A stretch of 64,000 nt of DNA, taken from NCBI GenBank assembly GCA_965287045.1, contig OZ336890.1, positions 19,902,001 through 19,966,000 on the forward strand, in the 5' to 3' direction. The position numbers and the translations under genes are program-made. The DNA comes from Carcharhinus amblyrhynchos (taxonomy: Eukaryota). The first letter of the stretch is position 1. Each line of letters opens with the position of its first letter. The notes under the pieces are model-generated. The model was not told where the DNA came from and did no database searches. It saw only the letters and a list, made by a program, of their open reading frames with translations. This document shows positions 55,713 through 64,000 of this stretch, piece after piece.

Positions 55713-57099
55713 TGCTACAATGTTCTGATCAGGCCACATCTGGCTATTGTGGTTATGCACAATTTTAGTTGTTGTGGCTGAAGTGTTCTAGGCCCAAGAG
55801 GTAATTCAGAATACAACATCAATGGGGTTAGCTTTGATTAATTTAAGGATGGGCTGGAGCTTTTAAAGCCTGGAAGAAAAATTTTGCAGAGGGAACATAA
55901 GTAGACAGATGAAAGAAAGGTATGTACTGGAAAAGGGAGGGTGAATCCAAGTTATGTTTACAGATGTTGCAAGGATAGTGAAAACTGAAGGCAAACGTTC
56001 AAGTTTATGAAGGATAAATTTAGGACAAATCTAAAGAAGTTGGTAGAGACTGTCAGCAAGAAAGAGTGAAATCCTGATGTTAGATTTTTAAAATTAACAA
56101 ATAGATGCTGTAGGGATGTAATGGGGAAATATTATGGTTGGCTTTCTGGGTGGATGAGGTCTAATTGGTCCACCAGCCTCATGATTTGTGTATCTAAAAC
56201 AACCTGGATTTATCAAATGAATTGACTGGATCATAGACTGACATTGAATACAGATGTGGAAGCTCTCAAGATTTTTCTCAGAGGTATTTATCAAGTTCTG
56301 TGTCACATTTAATGGCATTAAGTCATGTAAATTAAACACAGGTCTCACTGCCACAAATTGAAGTCAATTCTTGTCTTTGTCCCTCTTTGCTTGAAGCCCA
56401 AGCTGTAGAAATTTGCAATCACTGGACATATGGCCAAAAGTGTAGGCCCTCATTACTTGTTCCTATTCTTGTCCAATTGATCACCTTTATATCATTAAGA
56501 AAATAATGAATCAACAACAATGGTGTCAGGAATTATTTACTCCTGTGTTGCTGTTGCTGAGAATATTTGAACCGTCTTGAAGCCAATTTCCCAGCCTACA
56601 CTACCTCAGCTGTTATAGTCGATCCATAAAGATACTGATTCTGTTCTTCACTATTTGAGATGGCATTACTAGTTATATTAAAGATCAATATCTTATGAAT
56701 GATCTCTATGTACAGTTGTCATCTATTATTTCACTGAAAAGTGGATGATTTAATTACTTTCATTCTCTTTGATATAGGTAAGAAGACAACAATATGAATC
56801 TGTAGGTTTTTTGTACCAGTATATCATTTTTCAAACCTTTTTAAATGGGTCATCTTTCCACTTTCAGGATTTGTCCCTGGAAAAACTTTGCCCAAAGTCC
56901 AAACGACATTTACAAATTCTCACCTGTCTACTTTTGGCTTCATTTGTCACTATTTCTGCTGTCCATCTGCTCAACCATTCCTTCATCTCACCTTTGCCCT
57001 TATCCCTAGCAAAATTCTTGCCCTCTCCCACCTTGGTTTACTCCCTCAAATTGAAAGGTGCAAACTTGACCATATTGGGCTCACAACTAGTTCCACATT

Positions 57100-57665
57100 G
57101 TCTTGCTAGAACACAGAATCAGAATGGTTACAGCACAGAAGGAGACCATTTGGCCCATCATGTCCATGCTAGCTCTTGGCAGGAACAATTCACCTACTGC
57201 CTCTCTTCTGTCCTTTCCTCGTTGCCCTGCACATTTTTCTTTTTCAAATAATGATCAAATTCCCTTTTGAAATTCTCAATGAAATCTGCCTCCACCACAT
57301 TCTCAGGCAGTACAGTATGTTCCAGATTTTAACCATTCGCTGTGTACATTTTTTTCTCAAGTTACCATTGCTTCTGATGCCAACTAATTAGGATGTGCCC
57401 AGTGGTTCTTGATTCCTCCACCAGTTGGAACAGTTTCTCCCTATCCACTCTGACCAGACACCTCATGATTTTTAATTCCTGTATCAAATCTCGACCTTCT
57501 CTAAGGAAAACAGTCTCAACTTCTCCAATCTATCCATGTAACTGATGTTCCTCATCCCATGAAACTATTCTCATGATTTTTCCCCCCCCTTTAATGCTTC
57601 ACATCCTTCTAAAGTGCAACATACAAAACTGGAGGCAATGCAAGTTGAGGCCAAGCCAATGTTTT
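57100..57665 (-). mobile_element. CR1 LINE 3' fragment
   Basis: agaatcagaatggttacagcacagaaggagaccatttggccc tail. Confidence 0.75.
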
Positions 57666-57764
57666 AGGGCTCATGTATAAAGCCCAGGATACATGTGACA
57701 ATAATAAATCAAATTGTCACAAATTTTGTGCCCCTCTCCAGACAAAGTCTCAAATTAACCAATA

Positions 57765-57965
57765 AAAATAGAAAACGTTGGAAATTCTCATCAGGTCTGT
57801 CAGCATCCGTAGAGAGAGAATAAAGCCAACGTTTCAAATTTGGATCACCTTAGAGCTCCTTCCAGACTCTCAATGACGGCTCTGTTGTCTCTACAGATGC
57901 TATCAGGCTGCTGAGATTTTCCAGCTTTTTCTGTTTTTCATATTCCAGTGTCTGCAGTAACTTGA
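57765..57965. repeat. Inverted pair of Penelope-like termini
   Basis: aaaacgttggaaattctcatcaggtctg...agcatc is the reverse complement of gatgctatcaggctgctgagattttccagc. Confidence 0.65.
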
Positions 57966-58852
57966 GTCTTGTATCAAATTGACCAGACTATTTGTAACCT
58001 CAGCATCCCGTTGGACCCAGAGCCAAGTATCTGATTCCATATCTTCCACTCTACTTCTACTTTGCCCTTTATGTTGCCCTTTTCCTACCTGGGAGCTGAA
58101 CAGAGACAGAGGTTAGGAGAGGCATAAATAGATCTGAGGGATTGGAGCGTGGCCTTTTCTACCTGCAAACTAATTAAGAAAGTAATTAACTAAATAACAC
58201 AGGTAACACTGGCAGTACAGTGCAATGTTGCAGCTGTGGAACGTGGGGGCTTTTGCACGCCAAAGCAATTCAAGGCAAACACGTCTGCAGAAAATATGTG
58301 TAGAGGAACTCCAGATTGGGATTATTGATCAGGAAGCTGAATTGCACAACATGAGAGAGGGCGAAATACCAGGACACATTGTTCCTCTTAGCATAGGGTT
58401 GGCTGTTTTGGCCAGCAGTGATGTGCCTGTGGGTGTGATAGGTAAAGGGACTAAGCAAACAGGAGTGGAGGAGCCTCAGACTTTGCAATTGTCAGACAGA
58501 TTTGAGGTTCTCAAAAAATATATGGCCGAAAGTGAGACCTGCAAGGCAGGTAAGCAGGCTGGCATAGCACCATGATACAGGAAGCTGTTAGTGCTGATTG
58601 TCCCTTTACGGACAATACATGATCCTTACTCTGCTGTCATGCCATTAAAAGGACAATTACCACTGCCTCTTAAGGGGCAACACACTGTTCAAGCAGGGCA
58701 AACAAAAAGAAATGTAGTGGCAGTAAGGGATGTTATAGTGAGGGGAATTGATGCATCTCTGCACCAAAGAGTGAAAGTCCTGATGTCTGTATTGCTTGCT
58801 AGGGTTCAGACATCCACTCAGGTTTGGAGAGGATCTTGGAATGGGAAGATTG

Positions 58853-59011
58853 GGTTAAGTTTTAAGTTTAAGTTTTATTTAAGTTTATTTGTGTCAGGCT
58901 TATGTTAACATTGCAATGAAATTACTGTGAAAATCCCCTAATCGCTGCACTCCTGTGCTTGTTCGGGTACACTGAGGGAGAATTTAGCATAGCCAATTAA
59001 CCTAACCAGCA
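58853..59011 (-). mobile_element. 5'-truncated SINE in CR1 ORF1
   Basis: Same AATAAA-tail SINE family; splits LERILEWE from DPVVVVHVG. Confidence 0.8.
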
Positions 59012-59665
59012 TGATCCAGTTGTTGTGGTCCATGTAGGTACCAATGACATGGGCAGGATGAGCAAAGGGGTTCTGTATAGTTAGTATGAAGAGTTGGGTA
59101 CTAAAGAAAAAATTAGAATCTCAAAGAAAATAATTTTTGGATTATTACTGAGCTAGGTGCAAATTGGTATAGGACAAATAATATTAAAGTGGCTCAAAAA
59201 CTGGTGTGGAAGAAATTAGTTCTTGTTTATGGATTATTGGCATTGGGGAAAGTGAAGGCTGTATTGTTGGAACGGTTCACGCAGGTTGGGACAAGTGTTC
59301 TAGCAAACTAATTAGGGGTTTTAAGCTAAACGAAGGGGTGAGGGATCAAGCTTGAGTAAATGTTGCAAATCAAGCAGTAGAGTCAAGGCAAGAGGGCAAG
59401 AGAGCAAAACAGCAATATGGGAAATGAGGATCAGAGTGTGGCAGGAAAGGATTTAGAAAAATACCTAAGAATTTACCAACAGTCAAAACTAAATGTCCTA
59501 AAATAACTAAAAGGCAAAACTAAAAGCTCTGTATCTGAATGTGCATAGTATTGATAACAAAGTAAATTGATAGCGCACATTGAAGTAAATTAATACAATC
59601 TGAGAGATTAGAGTGACATGGCAACATGATGACAAGGATTGGATCCTGAATATTGAGGGATATAT

Positions 59666-59880
59666 TGTCACTGTACTATTAATCACAATGTATGGCAATT
59701 ACATTAAGGGAATTATTAGTTAAACATGTGACATTTATTGTCCTATTAATAGAGACAGTTGGAACACTTTGGTGAGGAGGGATTCTTGTAGCACTGAGAA
59801 AGTCTTACAATAAACCAGCTTGAACCTAAAAGACCAGTTTGGGTTGATTCTTCCATCACAGCCACATGTTGTGATTAACA
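59666..59880. mobile_element. 215-bp solo LTR with TATAT TSD
   Basis: TGT...ACA termini, perfect 5-bp TSD (59661-59665 / 59881-59885), internal AATAAA; removing it restores the CR1 frame EGYITFKKNKELGKGGGVA. Confidence 0.8.
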
Positions 59881-60707
59881 TATATAACATTCAAGAAGAA
59901 TAAGGAGCTGGGTAAAGGTGGAGGAGTAGCACCTTGTTTATCAAGGATTGCGTTGGTACGATAGTTAAGAGATGACGTTGGTTCAGGAGATCAGGATATA
60001 GAATTGGTTTGGGTGGAGATGAGGAACGATTGGGGAAAGGGGTCACTAGTGGGAGTAGTCTATAGACTGTCTAACAGTAACCACAATGTAGGACAAAGCT
60101 TACAAGAAGAAATATTGGGTGCTTGTGATGAAGGGATGGCAATAATAATGAATGATTTTAACCTACATAGGAACTGAAAAAATCAGCCTGGCAGTAATAG
60201 CTTGGATGAGAAGTTCATAGAATGTTTTCAAAGTAATTTCTCAGAGCAGCACATTCTGGAACCAACCAGGAAGTAGGTTATATTAGACTTGGTATCATGT
60301 AATGTGACAGGTAACTTCAGAGTAAAGGCACTCCGAGGTAGCAGTAACCAGCATATGATTAAATTTTACATGCGGTTTGAAAAGGAGGATAGTGGGTCTA
60401 AGACTTGTGTTTTAAACTTAAATAAGAGCAACTATGTGGGTGTGTCAGTTGAGCTGGCTGAAATGAACTGGGATACTAAGTTAGAGGATAGATCAATAGA
60501 GGAACAGTGGCAAAAAATTAAGGGGATATTTCAGAATATTCAGAATAAGTATATTTCTAATAAAAAGAAAAAGTCCTAAAGGAAGGACTTACCATCTATG
60601 GTTAAATAAAGGTAAGGAAAACACCAATGTAAGGAAAAAGGTTAATGGCAGGACAGAGGATTGATCAGAATATAAGGAAGAGCAGAGAATGACTGAAATG
60701 TTATTCT

Positions 60708-60916
60708 TTAAAGTTTAAAGTTTATTTATTAGTGTCACAAGTAGGCTTAAATTAACATTGCAATTAAGTTACTGTGAAAATCCCCTTGTTGCCACACTCC
60801 AGTGCCTGTTTGGGTACACTGAGGGAGAATTTAGCACGGCCAATGCACAGATCCAGCATGTCTTTTGGACTTTGGGAGGGAACTGGAGTACCTGGAGGAA
60901 ACCCATGCAGACATGC
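60708..60916 (-). mobile_element. 5'-truncated SINE in CR1 ORF2
   Basis: Same AATAAA-tail SINE family. Confidence 0.85.
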
Positions 60917-62129
60917 AGGAGGAAGAACAGTACAAGAGGGGAATGTGAAAATGGATAACAAATGTTTCTACAGGTATTTAAATAGGAAGAAAGTAGGTAA
61001 AGCGAATGTTGGTCCTGTAGAGAATGACAGTAGGGAGTTAATTGTAGACAATAAGGAAAAGGCAGATGAAATGAACAAATATTTTGCTCCTGTCTTCACT
61101 ATAGAAGGTACAAAAACATCCAGTAATAGCTGTCAATCAGGAGGTGGAAAGGAAAGAGGAACTTGGTGAAATTATAATCAATAGGAAAACGGTATTGAAC
61201 AAACTGATGGAGCTGCAGCCTGACAAGTCTCTGGATTCAGATAAATTTCATTGTAGGGTCCTACTGAGGTAGTAGATGTCTTGGTGTTTTTCCAAAATTT
61301 GCTGGATTCTGGATATGTGCCATCAGATTGGGAGGCAGCATAAGGTGGCTCCTTTATTCAAGAAGGGAGGAAGGGCATAAACTATAGGTCAAGATAGCTT
61401 GACTTTTGTCTTGGGGGGGAAAGTGTTACAGTCAATCATTAACATCCATGTGGTCAAACTGTATAATAATATGGGGAGAAAGCAGGATTAGGCTGTTGAG
61501 TTGGTCAAACAGCCATGATCATGAATGGTGGAGCAGGCTCAAAGGGTTGAATGGCCTCCTCCTGCCCCAATCTTCTATGTTTCATGAGTGTATTATGCTG
61601 TTCTGGCTACCCTTCCATCTTCCACCCTTTATATACTTTAGCTCATCAAAAACCCGACTGCTTATATTCCATCTTGCACCAGGTCTGCTCACCTGTCACC
61701 CTAATGCTTTCTGACTTATGTTGACTCCTGGAAAATCAAAGCTCAAACTGAACATTCTCATATCTGTGCTCAAATCCTTTCACGGCCTCTTTTCTTCGTA
61801 TCTTTGGAATATTCTCCCAGCCCTCTCAGAACTCGATTTCTCCAACTCTCATCCAGCTTCTAGTACTTCTGCTCTTTGATTACTTTGTTCAGGAGGTCAC
61901 TGCTATTCAGCCTGATCATTTCCTTGCCAGGGACTTATTCGGTTCCAATGGGAATAATGAATAAATTCCGAGGGTGGGAATCTGGATTGACTTCTTCACT
62001 AACGAGGACAATTTGAACAACTATAACAACCCTGTTGCTGTTGTGACTAAAATCAGAAGGTGAACCTGGAACTTTGATACTACAGATGAAAGCAAACTGG
62101 GGAGAGAGCTGGTCATCTGGTCCAAGGTT

Positions 62130-62446
62130 GAAGTTTTTTAAGTTTGAAGTTTTTTTCTTAGTGTCACAAGTAGGCTTACATTAACACTGCAATGAAGCTA
62201 CTGTGAAAATCCCCTAGTAGCCACACTCGGGCACCTGTTTGGGTAACACTGAGGGAGAATTTAGCATAGCCAATACACCTGGCCGACATGTCTTTCGGAC
62301 TGTGGGAGGAAACTGGAGGACCCGGAGAAAATCCATGCAGATATGGGGAGAATGTGCAGACTCCGCACAGACAGTGACCCAACCCAGGAATCAAACCTGG
62401 GTCCCTGGTGCTGTGAGGCAGCAGTGCTAACCACTGTGCTACTGTG
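62130..62446 (-). mobile_element. Full-length tRNA-derived SINE
   Basis: Minus strand gtagcacagtggttagcactgctgcctcacagcaccagggacccaggtttgattcc...aagcctacttgtgacactaag. Confidence 0.9.
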
Positions 62447-62790
62447 GCTGATGGAACTGCTGCTGAGCTGTCAGCTGAATGATCAACCTGAATAAACTGG
62501 CCATCTTTATTCTCGTACGTAATTACCGAGGAAACAAGGAGAGCGGTTATTGATAATGGAGGGAGGAAATCTCTTAGCACAAGTTGCCAAAAATTTCAGA
62601 ACACCTTCAGGAATGTTTTTATCAATTTGTTTAGTAGCCATGATTATAATTATGTAAATAACATCATAAATCACCAATGAATGCAACTGTTCAGCAAGGC
62701 AGATTTTACAGTGTTCTACAATTGTGGCATGTTTACCTTGTGTCACAGAGAACATTCACAAGTTTATGATATTGGAAGTTTTACTTTTTT

Positions 62791-63085
62791 AAGAACATAA
62801 GAACATAAGAAATAGGAGCAGGAGTAGGCCATCTAGCCCTTCGAGCCTGCCCCGCCATTCAATAAGATCATGGCTGATCTGTTGTGGCTCAGTTCCACTT
62901 TCCCGCCCTCTCCCCATAACCCTTAATCCCCTCTCTTATCAAGAACCCATCAACCCGCTTCTTAAAAATATTTAGCGAGGCAGCCTCCACCACTTCAACG
63001 GGCAGAGAATTCCAGAGATTCACCACCCTTTGAGTGAAGAAGTTCCTCCTCAACTCCGTTCTAAACCGCCTCCCCTTTATCTTTT
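62791..63085 (-). mobile_element. Young CR1 3' end
   Basis: (AAGAACAT)n tail; CpG-rich. Confidence 0.85.
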
Positions 63086-63194
63086 TTGGCTATTAACCTT
63101 TTCAAAGAATGCAATCAGACTACAATGAAGCAAACTGAACAGTTTATGTATCAGCGGGAAGGTGAGGAATTTGTTTCACTTAGAGTTCTATGAG

Positions 63195-63640
63195 ACTATA
63201 AGGTATGGGAGCAGAATTAGACCATTTGGCCTATCAAATCTGCTCCATCATTCAATCACGGCTGATAGGTTTCTCAACCCCATTCTCCTGCTTTTTCCCT
63301 GTAATCCTTAATCCCTTTACCAATCAAGAACCTGTCTCTCTTTTATATATGCTCAATGACCTGGCCTCCACAGCCTTCTGTGGCAATGAATTCCATAGAT
63401 TCACCACCCTCTGGGTGAAGAAATTCTGTCTCATTTCAGTTCTAAAGGGTCGTCCCTTTACTTTGAGGCTGGAATCTCCGCTACTAATGGAAACTTCTTC
63501 CCTGCGTCCACTCTATCCAGGCCTTTCAGTATTCTGTAAGTTTCAATGACATCCCACCTCCCCGCCCCCCCCATCCCCCCGCATCCTTCTAAAGTCCATC
63601 AAGTGCAGACCCAGAGTCCTCAGACGCTCCTCATATGTCA
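63195..63640 (-). mobile_element. CR1 3' fragment
   Basis: gaattccatagattcaccaccctctgggtgaagaaattc; similar to 21645-22280. Confidence 0.8.
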
Positions 63641-63749
63641 ATGTTCATGCACATCTGTATCATATGACTGACATCTGTGGTTTGTTAATATGCATTTTGT
63701 ACATCACACTGTTCAGAATGTTCTTGTTTATTAGCCAATGTATTCTATT

Positions 63750-64000
63750 AATGATCCGGAGTTGAGGGGGTTGAGCTATGAGGAGAGGCTGAATAAACTA
63801 GGCTTGTACTTGTTAGAGTTTAGAAGAATGAGGGGAGATCTCATTGAGACATATAAGATGATGAATGGGATGGATAGAATAGAGGTGGAGAGGCTCTTCC
63901 CGCTCAGAAAGGACAGTAGGACTAGAGGGCACAGCCTCAAGATAAAGGGGGGGCAGTTTAGAACAGAGGAGGAACTTCTTCACTCAAAGGGTGGTGAATC
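63750..64000 (+). mobile_element. CR1 fragment (runs off the window)
   Basis: LRGLSYEERLNKLGLYLLEFRRMRGDLIETYKMMNG, the CR1 ORF2 C-terminus. Confidence 0.9.

Larger units (their letters stand above)
58090..61590 (+). mobile_element. CR1 LINE with ORF1 (esterase/SGNH) and ORF2 endonuclease, internally deleted, hosting three younger insertions
   Basis: LQLSDRFEVL, NVVAVRDVIVRGID, DPVVVVHVGTND (ORF1); LYLNVHSI, GKGGGVA, VGVVYR, NDFN (APE endonuclease); jumps to the 3' tail at ~61450. Confidence 0.85.

Overview
Vertebrate genomic DNA, very probably a shark or other elasmobranch (inferred from HE1/V-SINE-like, DeuSINE-like, CR1/HER1-like and Penelope-like repeats). The only intact protein-coding gene is PRKAR1A (PKA regulatory subunit RI-alpha) on the + strand. 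It has 10 coding exons from ATG 16990 to TGA 46951-46953 (1149 nt, 382 aa), all GT-AG, with exon sizes matching the human gene except one extra codon. The start codon lies in a CpG island that carries a perfect CRE, and a ~860-bp TGCATG-rich minisatellite lies directly upstream. The rest is decayed mobile DNA: a hAT transposase, a Harbinger Myb/SANT relic, CR1/L2/RTE/Rex LINEs, SINEs, MITEs and solo LTRs. Most interesting observations: a 73-codon open frame with a CxxC-x7-CxxC motif directly after the UGA stop; tandem Penelope-type hammerhead-ribozyme relics; CRE/ARE-type bZIP sites in the promoter and introns; a templated 150-bp insertion inside a 5'-inverted Rex element; a LINE with a tRNA-like head; and solo LTRs with TSDs. 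I cannot demonstrate a novel biological system from sequence alone. Repeat family names come from motif recall, not database searches, and repeat boundaries are approximate.
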